Below the pieces are notes generated by a model. The model saw only the letters and a program-made list of their open reading frames with translations, did no database searches and had not been told where the DNA came from. A DNA stretch of 62,316 nt, counting the filler. It is 5 parts of 5 records of this genome, joined end to end, with 100 filler letters (N's around TTAATTAATTAA, not from the genome) between each part and the next. Parts side by side here need not be neighbours in the genome. Positions count along the whole stretch, not along the records: positions 32,056 to 39,801 come from SRR31156797_11197; positions 39,902 to 49,882 come from SRR31156797_11198; 3 more parts are not named here. One strand, given 5' to 3'. Both the position numbers and the translations under genes were made by a program. This document shows, one piece after another, positions 38,108 through 48,129 of this stretch. Position 1 is the stretch's first letter; each line of letters begins with the position of its first letter.

Positions 38108-39574
38108 ATGCCGCGGCTCGACGCTGCGTATCTCAACGACCGCCCACGCCCGACGCCTCGCGTCGTTCAGTTCGGTGAGGGCAATTTCCTGCGCGCCTTC
38201 TTCGACTGGAAGGTCGACCGCCTGAACGAATCCACCGGTGGCGACTGGGGCGTCGTCGTGGTGCGGCCGATCGATGGCGGCATTCCCGCCTCGCTCAACG
38301 AGCAGGGCGGCGTCTACACCACCCTGATTCGCGGCATGGACGAGAATGGCGACAAGGTGTCGGATCCGCGCCGGATCGCCTGCGTGCGCAAGGAGATTTC
38401 GGCATATGGGGACTGGGACGAGGTACTCGCCCTGGCTCGCGATCCGAACATCGTGCTGGTCGTCAGCAACACCACCGAGGCCGGCATCGCCTATGATCCG
38501 GCCGGCCGGTTCGACGATACCCCGCCGGCCTCCTTTCCCGCCAAGGTCACCCGCTTCCTGTGGGAACGCTGGTCGACCATGGGGCGGGACGAGGCGCCGG
38601 GCCTGCAGTTTCTGCCCTGCGAGCTGATCGACCACAACGCCGACGAACTGCGCGCCTGCGTTCTCAGGCACGTCTCGGACTGGCAGTTGGATGCCGATTT
38701 CATTGAATGGATCGAGACGGCCAACACCTTCTACAACACACTGGTCGACCGCATCGTCACCGGCCATCCGAAGGCCGAGATGGAGGATCTGCGCGATCAA
38801 CTGGGTTACGACGACAGCTTCCTCGTTGCCGCCGAGCTGTTCCACCTGCTGGTCATCGAGCGAAAGAACGGAGACCCGGCTTTCGTCCTGCCGTTGGCCG
38901 AGCACGACGCCGGCACCATCGTCGTTGCCGATGCCGGTCCCTACAAGGAGCGAAAGGTCGGCATCCTCAACGGCGCCCATACCGGGCTTTGCCCGCTGGC
39001 CATGCTGGCCGGCGCCGAGACGGTCAGCGAGACCGTCGACAATGCCGCCGTTACCAGGTTCGTCGACGGCATGCTGGCAGACGAGGTGCTGCCGTTCCTG
39101 TCGTTGCCGAGGGACGAGCTGGAGGAATTTGCGGCTTCGGTGCTGCGCCGCTTCGCCAATCCCTATATCCGCCATCTCTGGCACGACATCAGCCTGAACG
39201 GTTTGGCCAAGTTCAAGACGCGCAACCTGCCGCGCCTTCTGGCCTATCTGGAACAGAAGGAATCCCCGCCACGGCACATGACCCTGTCGCTGGCCGCCTG
39301 GCTGGTCTTCTATCTCGGCCGTTTTCCGGGTGCGGAAAAGCTCAGGCCACGCGATTCGGAAGACGTGCTGGCCATTTTCGCGCGTCTTGGCGCCATCGAG
39401 GACGTGGACGGGCTGATCGCCGCTTATCTGGATGAGCCGGCACTGTGGGACGGCGCCCTCGGCGATCCCGAACTGCGCGCCGCCGTGGCTGAAAACTATC
39501 GGTTCCTGACTGAGCAGCCCTTTACCTTCGAGCGCCTGGACATGCTCTTCGGGTTGTTCCGCAAGGCCGCCTAG
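38108..39574 (+). CDS. uxaB: tagaturonate reductase (altronate oxidoreductase)
   Basis: VQFGEGNFLRAF, VSNTTEAGI, SFPAKVT, PCELI, NTLVDRIV, YKERKVGILNGAHT, RFANPYIRH; GGGAGA RBS before the ATG at 38108. Confidence 0.92.
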   Translation: MPRLDAAYLNDRPRPTPRVVQFGEGNFLRAFFDWKVDRLNESTGGDWGVVVVRPIDGGIPASLNEQGGVYTTLIRGMDENGDKVSDPRRIACVRKEISAYGDWDEVLALARDPNIVLVVSNTTEAGIAYDPAGRFDDTPPASFPAKVTRFLWERWSTMGRDEAPGLQFLPCELIDHNADELRACVLRHVSDWQLDADFIEWIETANTFYNTLVDRIVTGHPKAEMEDLRDQLGYDDSFLVAAELFHLLVIERKNGDPAFVLPLAEHDAGTIVVADAGPYKERKVGILNGAHTGLCPLAMLAGAETVSETVDNAAVTRFVDGMLADEVLPFLSLPRDELEEFAASVLRRFANPYIRHLWHDISLNGLAKFKTRNLPRLLAYLEQKESPPRHMTLSLAAWLVFYLGRFPGAEKLRPRDSEDVLAIFARLGAIEDVDGLIAAYLDEPALWDGALGDPELRAAVAENYRFLTEQPFTFERLDMLFGLFRKAA

Positions 39575-39591
39575 CCGGGAGGCTTGGTTCC

Positions 39592-39646
39592 GGCCTTCGC
39601 TACCAATTCGAATGTTCCGGAGTTATAAATCCCGGGGCTTTCCCTT
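39592..39646 (+). repeat. degenerate direct repeat of the tRNA-Met 3' end and downstream flank (att-like)
   Basis: GGCCTTCGCTACCAATT vs GGGCTCCGCTACCAATT at 38024-38040 (15/17); GGGGCTTTCCCTT at 39634-39646 and 38067-38079 with nearly identical spacing. Confidence 0.6.
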
Positions 39647-39703
39647 ACCCATTCGTCGCGACCGCCCAGTCACCGAGATGCGGCTACACATGGAGACCCG
39701 AAC

Positions 39704-39801
39704 ATGGCCCGCAGAAAACCGAAGGCAAGAGTCGAAAACGTGCTGTTCAACGTCGTCTACGAGGATGGTACGCTGAGCTCCAACCGCCGGGTGCCAGGAA
39801 C
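39704..39801 (+). CDS. partial small hypothetical protein, 3' truncated by the contig edge
   Basis: MARRKPKARVENVLFNVVYEDGTLSSNRRVPG with a GGAGA RBS. Confidence 0.6.
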
Positions 39802-39901
39802 NNNNNNNNNNNNNNNNNNNNNNNNNNNNNNNNNNNNNNNNNNNNTTAATTAATTAANNNNNNNNNNNNNNNNNNNNNNNNNNNNNNNNNNNNNNNNNNN
39901 N
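39802..39901. other. artificial contig spacer
   Basis: N44-TTAATTAATTAA-N44. Confidence 0.98.
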
Positions 39902-41146
39902 CTCCACCACCACGATGGCGTCGTCCACCAGCAGCCCGATGGCCAATACCATGGCGAACATGGTCAGCATGTTGATGGAAAAGCCGAAAAGCCCCAGGAT
40001 TCCGAAGGTTCCCAGAAGCACCACCGGCACCGCGATGGTGGGAATGAGGGTGGCCCGGAAGGTCCCCATGAAAAGGTACATGATGGCAAATACCAGCAGG
40101 ACCGCCTCCAAAAGGGTCTTGACCACCTCCTCGATGGCCACCCTGGTAAAGGGGGTGGTGTCGTAGGGATAGATCACCTTCATGCCGTGGGGGAAATACC
40201 GGCTCATTTCCTTCAGTTTCTCTTTGACCGCATTGGCCGTATCCAGCGCATTGGCGCCGGCGGCTTGGCGGATGGCCATGGCGGCGGATGGCCTGCCGTT
40301 GTAGTCGGAGATGACATCGTAACGCTCGGTCCCCAGTTCCGTCCGTCCGATGTCTTTGATGCGGATTACGGACCCGTCCGGATTGGTGCGGATGGGGATG
40401 GCGGCGAACTCCTCCGGCGTCCGGAGCAGATGCTGGACGATGATGGCGGCATTCAGGCGCTGGTCTGCTTTTGCGGGAGCCCCGCCGAACTGACCGGCGG
40501 AGACCTCCACGTTGTAGGCCCGTAGCGCCGTGACCACGTCTTCCATGGTCAGGTTGTAATTGGTCAGTTTGTCGGGATTGACCCAGATCCGCATGGCATA
40601 CTGGGAACCGAAGTTCTCCACTTCGCCCACACCCGGCACCCGGGACAGGATTTTCTCCAGATTGGACTGGGCATAGTCCCGCAGGTCTTCGCCGTCCATG
40701 CTGCCGTCTTCCGAGATGAGCCCTACGATAATCAGGTAGTTCCGGGTGGATTTGCTGACTTTAACCCCCTGGCGCTGCACCACGTCGGGCAGACTGGCCA
40801 TGGCGAGCTGAAGCTTGTTTTGCACCTTGGACCAGGCGAGATCCGGATCGGTCCCGGGGGTAAAGGTCAGTTCGATGCGGGATGCGCCGGATGAAGAACT
40901 GGTGCCGGTAAGGTAAAGCATTTCGTCCAGACCGGTCATCTTCTGCTCGATGATCTGGGTCACGGTGTTCTCAACGGTTTCCCCCGATGCCCCGGGGAAA
41001 AAGGCATCGATGGCGATGGAAGGCGGCGCGATGGGGGGATACTGGGATATGGGCAGCTTGTAGATGGCGAGCCCCCCGGCCGCCATCATGACGATGGCGA
41101 CAACCCAGGCGAAGACCGGCCTGGCCAGGAAAAATTTTGATAACAT
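39902..41146 (-). CDS. HAE1 RND efflux permease (AcrB/MexB-like), 3' truncated
   Basis: FFLARPVFAWV, LPISQYPPIAPP, QVQN-like KVQNKLQLA, VLAIGLLVDDAIVVVE. Confidence 0.95.
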
Positions 41147-41158
41147 CACATGCCTCCG

Positions 41159-42490
41159 TTACTTCGGTTCAGCTGTCGTTCGGGTTGCACTTGCAGGCGT
41201 ATTTCCGCCCTCTTTAAAAGGAACCGCCTTCACGGCCATTCCCGGCTGTAACATTTGCGTTCCTTCGACGATCACCCGATCCCCGGGAGCAATTCCAGCC
41301 GATACGAGCCATTGACTGCCCATGGCACGGTCCAGGGTGAGCATATGCAGTCCCACTTTGTCTGTGGCATCCACGATCAATGCGTAGGGATTCCCTTTGT
41401 GATCGCGGGCAACCCCCTGCTGGGGGACAAAAATGGACTTTTCATTGAACCCTTCTTTTATCACCGCCCGCACAAACATGCCCGGCAGAAGAACGCCTTT
41501 CGGGTTTGGAACCACAACCCGCAGGATCACGGATCCCGTCGTCGGGTCAACCGTAACATCGCTGAATTGCAGTATCCCTTCGAGAGGGTAAATGATGCCG
41601 TCTTCAAGGATGAGCTTGACCTTGTTCTGTTCGGTTCCGTTCCGGTTGAGACGGCCCTCATCCAGGCGCCGTTTCAATCGCAGCAGTTCGGCGGTGGATT
41701 GGGGCACGTCCACGTAAATGGGATCCAGTTGCTGGATGGTGGCGAGAGGGGTGGTCTGATAGGCCGTCACAATGGCACCTTCCGTCACGTTGGATTTGCC
41801 GATTCGCCCGCTGAGGGGTGCCGTGACGCGACAGTATTCCAGATTGATACGGGCCGTCCTCACCATGGCTTCCGCCTGATGGATGGTGGCCTCGGCAACC
41901 TCCAGGGCTTCCCGGTCGCTTTCCAACCGCGCCTCGGCGGCCCGCATGGTGGCTTCGGCAACATCCGCGTCCGTTTCGGCCTGATCCCGCTGGCTGGTGG
42001 AAACAACTTTATCTTTGAAGGCATCCTCGAATCGTCGATGATTTGTCCGGGCAAGGGCCAGGGTGGCCCGATGCTGCCTAACGCCGGCTATGCTCGCTTT
42101 CAGTGCGGCCCGTGCCTGGTCGGCCGAATTGCGCATGACGATGAGGTTCGCTGTTGCATTGTCCAATGCCGCCTGAAAGTATGCCGGATCGATCTGATAT
42201 AGCACCTGGCCCGCCTTGACATTGGAACCTTCCGTAAAGAGACGTTTCTGTACCAGGCCGCTGACCTGGGGACGGATCTCCGCCATACGGAAGGGAGTGG
42301 TGCGACCCGGCAGTTCGGTGGTCAGCATGGTCTTTTGGGGTTGGACCGTCACAGTGGACACTTCCGGAAGGGTGTGAGGCAGCTGGGATTGGGCCGTCTG
42401 GTCGCAGCCGGCGAGCCAAAAACCGGCCCCCAGGAACGCAAAAAGTGCCATGTATTTAATGGCTTTAGGAAATATTTCATTGTGTTGCAT
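41159..42490 (-). CDS. RND efflux membrane fusion (periplasmic adaptor) lipoprotein, AcrA-like
   Basis: Lipobox LAGC, ELPGRT, AEIRPQVSG, APLSGRIG, LLPGMFV; GGAGG before the ATG at 42490. Confidence 0.94.
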   Translation of the reverse strand: MQHNEIFPKAIKYMALFAFLGAGFWLAGCDQTAQSQLPHTLPEVSTVTVQPQKTMLTTELPGRTTPFRMAEIRPQVSGLVQKRLFTEGSNVKAGQVLYQIDPAYFQAALDNATANLIVMRNSADQARAALKASIAGVRQHRATLALARTNHRRFEDAFKDKVVSTSQRDQAETDADVAEATMRAAEARLESDREALEVAEATIHQAEAMVRTARINLEYCRVTAPLSGRIGKSNVTEGAIVTAYQTTPLATIQQLDPIYVDVPQSTAELLRLKRRLDEGRLNRNGTEQNKVKLILEDGIIYPLEGILQFSDVTVDPTTGSVILRVVVPNPKGVLLPGMFVRAVIKEGFNEKSIFVPQQGVARDHKGNPYALIVDATDKVGLHMLTLDRAMGSQWLVSAGIAPGDRVIVEGTQMLQPGMAVKAVPFKEGGNTPASATRTTAEPK

Positions 42491-42587
42491 TGAAAATCCT
42501 CCAAATGTCCATGAGCGGATCAAGTTTACGATCATCTTCCATGGTCTGTATCAGCGCATTTCATATTCCAGTTTATTTGAGCATGGA

Positions 42588-42603
42588 AGTGAGTAGTCAC
42601 TCC
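42588..42603. promoter_or_regulatory. putative TetR operator, copy 2 (upstream of the adaptor gene)
   Basis: AGTGAGTAGTCACTCC, identical to 43280-43295. Confidence 0.8.
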
Positions 42604-42661
42604 GGTTGTGTGAAAAAAATAATCGCATTTTTAAACTCAATCCGGAATCATATTGAAGCAA

Positions 42662-43255
42662 TTATCGCTTTACGGCATCCCAGCATGCCTCAACGGTTTT
42701 TTGAACCGTCCGGGAATCCAGATCAAACAACCCAAAAGATACGTCCCGAACCAAAAACACGATTGGACCAAAGGCCAATGATATTAACACCGGCAATGGT
42801 AGATCCTTAAGAATCTGCTGCTCCCTGCCTGATTGGAGAAAGGCGTGTACCGGACTGAAATTATTCGCATTCTTTCTCGTCCGGTCGACGACCAGCATGT
42901 CCCGCTTGTGGGATATGCCAAAGGGAGAATTGAAGTACTGTTCGTTAAATGCTTGGAGTTTCGGATTTTCCACGAGAAAATTAAAAAGATTGAACCCCAG
43001 CCGAAGGTATTGCTCCCGCATGGGCGCTTCGGGATTGTGATCCATTAGAATGGCCCTGCGTATTTCGTTCGCCACATATAGGAACACATGATGAATCAGA
43101 TCCTCCTTGTCCTCAAAATGGCGATAGATGGAACCTTCTCCCACCCCGGCTTCTGCTGCGATTTTGGATGTGGGAGCCCCATGAAATCCGTTTTTGGCGA
43201 TGAGCTTGAGCGCTGCCGCCACAATTAAACGCCTCTTATTCGGTTTCTCAGTCAT
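42662..43255 (-). CDS. TetR/AcrR-family transcriptional regulator
   Basis: AALKLIAKNGFHGAPTSKIAAEAGVGEGSIYRHFEDKEDL HTH. Confidence 0.95.
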   Translation of the reverse strand: MTEKPNKRRLIVAAALKLIAKNGFHGAPTSKIAAEAGVGEGSIYRHFEDKEDLIHHVFLYVANEIRRAILMDHNPEAPMREQYLRLGFNLFNFLVENPKLQAFNEQYFNSPFGISHKRDMLVVDRTRKNANNFSPVHAFLQSGREQQILKDLPLPVLISLAFGPIVFLVRDVSFGLFDLDSRTVQKTVEACWDAVKR

Positions 43256-43277
43256 TTCATTTTCCTTACATAATCTC

Positions 43278-43295
43278 GGAGTGAGTAGTCACTCC
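43278..43295. promoter_or_regulatory. putative TetR operator, copy 1 (autoregulatory)
   Basis: Palindrome GGAGTGA-GTAG-TCACTCC between a minus-strand TTGACA (43319-43324) and the tetR start codon. Confidence 0.8.
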
Positions 43296-43359
43296 TTATT
43301 ATGCTTTAAAAAAACCGTTGTCAAGGAAAAATGCGACAAGCCCCTTGAAAAAGGGATCG

Positions 43360-45027
43360 CTACATTTCCACCTCCACCAGGGCGCCTTCGGGAAGCTCAA
43401 AGGAATCCACCAGGGTCAGGGTGCTACTGCCGTGTTCCTCCTGCCGATAGGTGATTTTATAGGTGCCAGGCTTCAGCGGCATGGGGTCGAATGATCGCTG
43501 CATGAAGACGGTTCGAATACCTTCCCCCTTGTCGTTCAGTTCAATGAATTCAATCTTGTAGGGTGGCTTGATGCCGGGCTGGGGAACCAGTTTTACACCG
43601 GTATGGATGGGGAAATCATTCATTTTTCCCTTATGAATGGTCACTTCTCCCAAATCGGAGTCGGCACTCTCGTGTTCGTTCTTCTTATAAATGAAACGGT
43701 AGGTACCCGGCGACACCAGTTGGGGTAACAAGCCTAACCTGAAATGGGCCGCCGGTTTGCCGGTTGTGATATCTTGTAGTTCCCAGTATCTTAATTCTTC
43801 CGGGACCCATTCCGCGGGAACCGGGTTCAAGGCCGTGGTAAGTTCCATGTCGTTTAGCTTGTCCGGCTGGATGTTTACTTTCGCAAGGGTTAGCGTATTG
43901 GAACCGTGCTCGTCCTGTCGCCATATCAGGTCGTATTCCCCTGATGGCACCAGTTGAGGTGCCAGCTGATTAAAGTGTGCGATCACTTTCTTTGTGGCGG
44001 AGTCCTTCAATCCCCAGAACCGGGGTGGTTTGACCCAGCTCGGTGTTACAGGGCGAATACCGGTTTTTAGGATAACCTCGGTGGTTTTTCGGGATTCAAC
44101 GGAAATCACTTCCCCCAGAATTACTTCACCATGGCCGTGTTCGCTTTGTCGCCAGACGATCTGGTATTCCCCAGGCGGGACCAGTTGATCTCCCAAGCCT
44201 TGAAAACGGGCTTTTTCATCACCGGTTTCCGGATCCACCAGTTTCCAATAATAGGGGGCTTTCAACCAGCTGTCGTATTTCAGGTTAACTGTACCGGGCC
44301 CTTTTGCCTTGATCCGAATGGATGTGGTCTTTTTTGCGACCTTCTGGGTGATGACTTTCGGTTCAGGGGTGGGGGGGGGCACAATTTCCTTTTTTTCCAC
44401 AACGCTCTCTTTGATCCGATTCATTGCCGCAAGGAGATCCGTGGCATTGGTAGTGGAAAAATAGTTGCCCCCGCCCGCTTCCGCGATGCAGGAGAGCTGT
44501 TTGGCGGCATCGGCTTTAACGTTAAAACCGACCACGTGCATAACGAAGTTGATGCCGCTCTCTTTGAGGTTTTTCACCACGGCGCAGGGGTCCTTCCCGC
44601 AGGTTTCGATGCCGTCGCTGACCAGCACGATGGTGCTCGCAGCCTCAGTATCTTTAACCTGATCCACCGCCATGGAGATGCTGTCTGAAATGGGGGTCTT
44701 CCCCTTGGGGCTGATCCGGTTGATTTTTTTGATGGCCGTTTCTTTTTTAAGAGCCCCCATGGGAACGATCATTTCAATGTCCGTGCAATCCCCTTTTTTC
44801 CTGTGACCATAGACCATGATGCCGCAGTCGATACCGTCCGGGGTTTCCTTGACCAGGGTGGTCATGACCTCCTTGGCCACTTGAATCTTGATCTTTCCGT
44901 CCACACGGCCCCACATGGAGCCAGATCCGTCCAGGATGTAGAAAATCAGGGATTTTTCCGCCGCGGGGGTTGCCACGGGGATGAACAGCAACAGGGCAAG
45001 ACAAATGGTTTTAAATGGAAACGCCAT
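43360..45027 (-). CDS. secreted VWA-domain protein with four C-terminal ~78-aa repeats
   Basis: Signal peptide, MIDAS DGSGS, GKTPI, LVSDGIETCGKDPC; GAGGAGG before the ATG at 45027. Confidence 0.85.
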   Translation of the reverse strand: MAFPFKTICLALLLFIPVATPAAEKSLIFYILDGSGSMWGRVDGKIKIQVAKEVMTTLVKETPDGIDCGIMVYGHRKKGDCTDIEMIVPMGALKKETAIKKINRISPKGKTPISDSISMAVDQVKDTEAASTIVLVSDGIETCGKDPCAVVKNLKESGINFVMHVVGFNVKADAAKQLSCIAEAGGGNYFSTTNATDLLAAMNRIKESVVEKKEIVPPPTPEPKVITQKVAKKTTSIRIKAKGPGTVNLKYDSWLKAPYYWKLVDPETGDEKARFQGLGDQLVPPGEYQIVWRQSEHGHGEVILGEVISVESRKTTEVILKTGIRPVTPSWVKPPRFWGLKDSATKKVIAHFNQLAPQLVPSGEYDLIWRQDEHGSNTLTLAKVNIQPDKLNDMELTTALNPVPAEWVPEELRYWELQDITTGKPAAHFRLGLLPQLVSPGTYRFIYKKNEHESADSDLGEVTIHKGKMNDFPIHTGVKLVPQPGIKPPYKIEFIELNDKGEGIRTVFMQRSFDPMPLKPGTYKITYRQEEHGSSTLTLVDSFELPEGALVEVEM

Positions 45028-45095
45028 TTTTCCATACCTCCTCGAGTTGACCGATGGATACAACATAAAAACACAGGACAGGATTGGGGCGGTTG

Positions 45096-46460
45096 CTATT
45101 TGATGGCATTCAACTTCCGGGTCACGTTATCCTTGATCCAGTGGTTGTCCCACCACTCTATGGGATTGACAAAGAGACCGCTGACCATCATGCCGAAATG
45201 GAGGTGATCTCCCCCCGCCAGTCCGGTTTGTCCCGTCAATGCGATGACATCCCCTTTGGCCACGGTCTGTCCTTTTTTTACGTTCATGCTGCTGAGATGA
45301 CTGTATGTGGAAGCCAAGCCCTGACCGTGATCAATGACCACGGTTAAACCGTAAATTCCCAGGCGATCGGCAAAAATGATGCGACCGTTGTTGGCGGCAC
45401 CCACCTTTGAACCGGCCAGGGAGGCCAGGTCAACACCCAGGTGAATCTGTTCGTCAATGACTTTCCCCTTATAGTAGTAGAGCCGTTTGTCGCCGAATCT
45501 TGCCATGGTGGCGGCATTCTTGAGCCTGAGCCACGACCCGTCCCACAATTTTTCAGGACGGGTATCGGTTCCGAGATCATAAAACACTTGGCCGTTTTCT
45601 TTTCTGATCCGTTGGTTGATTTCGAGGAATTTGACGACATTTTGGACGGTTGGATCTTTCAGTTCGGGGGAAAAATAGGGGAGCACCCGGTCGAGAAAGC
45701 GGTCCGAAATGGTGATTTTTCGCGTGCGGAATTTTTTATTTCGGATGCGAATGCTGCGGTTCAGGTTGGCTTTAGAAATATTTCCCGCCTTGTCTTCCGC
45801 CCAGAGAAAGAAATTGATATTTTTTGGCGTGTTAACGGAAGTTCCGAAATAGCAGACATGCATCCCCTGGTCGGGGTTTTTGGAAGATTGGAAACCGGGG
45901 AAAAACCGGTCTCCCACATGAAGTCCGCTTTTGATGGCATCGGATGTGGTTTGGTAGACAATTAAACCGCTGCCGCCTTGGTTCACATAATTGAGCTGAC
46001 TCACCAGTCTGAGAGCGGGGGGGATGGTGTCAACGGTCATTTTGTGTTCGGCGATGGTCAGATTCCCGTCTCCGCCGCTGCTCCTCGAATAATCCCAGGC
46101 GTATACCTCCAGATCGGCCCTGCCCTGATTAAGTTCTGAAGGATTAATGGCCAGGCCGGTTTGGAACCGGTGGACGCCTTCGGCGTTGAACAGACCTTCG
46201 AAAGAAAACCGTTTTTCCAGAAGTGTGATATGGCGGCTGCCCTGCTTCAGGGTGACCTTGATGGTTCTGATACCCCTTTCCGCATCGGTTACCACGAGGG
46301 GGATTTCCACGGTTTGGGTTAGGAAAACGGGTATGGGACCCAGTTGAATTTTCGGCTTCTCTCCCTCAAAAATGGCCACGAGAAACCATCCGATAAAGCC
46401 GAAAACCAGAACAATGGCGCAGAGGGCCAATATTAACGTTACATTTCGCTTTTTACGCAT
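45096..46460 (-). CDS. M23-family metallopeptidase (membrane-anchored)
   Basis: N-terminal TM segment; HLGVD, YSHLS, GQTGLAGGDHLHF. Confidence 0.92.
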   Translation of the reverse strand: MRKKRNVTLILALCAIVLVFGFIGWFLVAIFEGEKPKIQLGPIPVFLTQTVEIPLVVTDAERGIRTIKVTLKQGSRHITLLEKRFSFEGLFNAEGVHRFQTGLAINPSELNQGRADLEVYAWDYSRSSGGDGNLTIAEHKMTVDTIPPALRLVSQLNYVNQGGSGLIVYQTTSDAIKSGLHVGDRFFPGFQSSKNPDQGMHVCYFGTSVNTPKNINFFLWAEDKAGNISKANLNRSIRIRNKKFRTRKITISDRFLDRVLPYFSPELKDPTVQNVVKFLEINQRIRKENGQVFYDLGTDTRPEKLWDGSWLRLKNAATMARFGDKRLYYYKGKVIDEQIHLGVDLASLAGSKVGAANNGRIIFADRLGIYGLTVVIDHGQGLASTYSHLSSMNVKKGQTVAKGDVIALTGQTGLAGGDHLHFGMMVSGLFVNPIEWWDNHWIKDNVTRKLNAIK

Positions 46461-46646
46461 AAAAACCTATCATTCCATGATTTTCAAACTTCAAGTAATG
46501 GTTCAACGTTAACCGCCAACAATTACATCTCCATTTTAGATATCAATAAAATATTCTTAAGGCAATTGTTTTTCTTGGGATAAGAGCAAAAAACCGGGGC
46601 GCCACCGGTGCCTTTGACGGCATGGATCGAAGAGAGGCGCCAAGCA

Positions 46647-48008
46647 TCACAAACGGATTTTTCCGCTGATTTCCCTGACTTTGGCCATGATTTCATCCTG
46701 ATCAAGCGAACAGAATTCTTTTTCCTTCATGAGCGCCACGCCGTTGACCACCACGTCTTTTACATCGGCACCGCCGGCGGAATAGACCAAGGCCGAAACG
46801 GGATCATAGAGGGGGCAAAGATGAGGTGATTTGAGATGAACCACAATGATATCCGCTTTTTTTCCCTTTTGGAGACTTCCCGTCTCTTTGTCAAGTCCCA
46901 GGGCTTTTGCGCCTCCGATGGTTGCCATTTCAAGCACATGGTAGGCTTTTAAAGCCTCCGGGTTATGAGTGGATACTTTGGCGAGCTTGGCCGCGGTATC
47001 CATTTCACCGAAAAGATCCAAATTGTTGTTGGAAGCGCAGCCGTCGGTTCCGAGGCCCGTTGTCAGTCCCAGGGCCCTTATGCGGTCCAACGGGGCGATG
47101 CCGGAGGACAATTTCATGTTGCTTTCGGGAACATGTACAAATTTCGCGCCTTTTTCATGAAGGCACCGGAGTTCCGTTTCATCCAGATGCACCCCATGGG
47201 CCGCGATCAGGTGGGAATCCACAAGCCCCAGTTGATCCAGATAGTGGGTGGGTCTCTTGCCGGAGATTTTTATGATCTCTGAAACCTCCGTCATTGTTTC
47301 CGAAAGATGGATTTGGAGGGGGACGCCGTATTTTCGTGATATTTTTTGTGCCCGGTGCAGGGTGTTTTCGGAACAGGTTACAGGGCTGTGGCAAAACAGG
47401 CCCGGTGTGATCCGGTCGGAGAAATGGTGCCATTTTCGAAGGAAGTCCCGCCCCGTGCGGATATTTTCTTTTGGGTCGGGCACGCCGGGGGCCGGAAAAT
47501 CGATGATGCCCTGTGCCAGCAGCCCCCTGAGACCCGACTCATGCACGGCACGGACCGTCTGATCCTGGAAAAAGTAACCATCCGCCAGGCAGGTGGTTCC
47601 CGAGGCAATCATTTCAACGCATCCCAGAAGCGCCCCCCGGTAAACCGTTTCCGGTGAAAGGAAGGCGGCTTCCGCCGGGAATATCCTTTCAAAAAGCCAT
47701 TTTTTGAGGGGGAGATCGTCGGCGAATCCGCGAAAAAGGGTCATGGCCGTGTGCGCATGGGCATTTACCAGACCCGGCATGATGATGGCGTCATTTGCAT
47801 CAATGGTTTCATGGGAAGAACCCCGGGGAATGGGTATTTCGGAGGAGGGACCGATTGCCATGATACGGTCTTTTTTTATGAGCACGCGCGCATTACCGAT
47901 GGGCTGTTGCCCCGGCACCATGGTAACGGCCGTGCCGCCCTGGATGACCAGGTCAACGGGGTTTTTGGAGGTTCGGCCACATTCGAGGCCCGGGTCGTTG
48001 GATTCCAT
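46647..48008 (-). CDS. amidohydrolase, MTA/SAH deaminase (MtaD)-like
   Basis: PGLVNAHAH, FRGFADDLPL..WL, IHLSET, AHGVHL, HVPESNMKLSSG, GTDGCASNN. Confidence 0.88.
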   Translation of the reverse strand: MESNDPGLECGRTSKNPVDLVIQGGTAVTMVPGQQPIGNARVLIKKDRIMAIGPSSEIPIPRGSSHETIDANDAIIMPGLVNAHAHTAMTLFRGFADDLPLKKWLFERIFPAEAAFLSPETVYRGALLGCVEMIASGTTCLADGYFFQDQTVRAVHESGLRGLLAQGIIDFPAPGVPDPKENIRTGRDFLRKWHHFSDRITPGLFCHSPVTCSENTLHRAQKISRKYGVPLQIHLSETMTEVSEIIKISGKRPTHYLDQLGLVDSHLIAAHGVHLDETELRCLHEKGAKFVHVPESNMKLSSGIAPLDRIRALGLTTGLGTDGCASNNNLDLFGEMDTAAKLAKVSTHNPEALKAYHVLEMATIGGAKALGLDKETGSLQKGKKADIIVVHLKSPHLCPLYDPVSALVYSAGGADVKDVVVNGVALMKEKEFCSLDQDEIMAKVREISGKIRL

Positions 48009-48051
48009 CGGAAACAGTCCTTATGGGGGAGTTTGAGTTTAAAAAGAAATT

Positions 48052-48122
48052 TCCTTGACATAACACAACATTCATGAAAATCTGACCGATTATTTTGGTT
48101 GTTTATATCGGTATGTCAAGGA
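48052..48122. promoter_or_regulatory. 11-bp inverted repeat in the divergent promoter region
   Basis: TCCTTGACATA (48052-48062) and TATGTCAAGGA (48112-48122); each arm contains TTGACA on its own strand. Confidence 0.55.
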
Positions 48123-48129
48123 GTAAACC

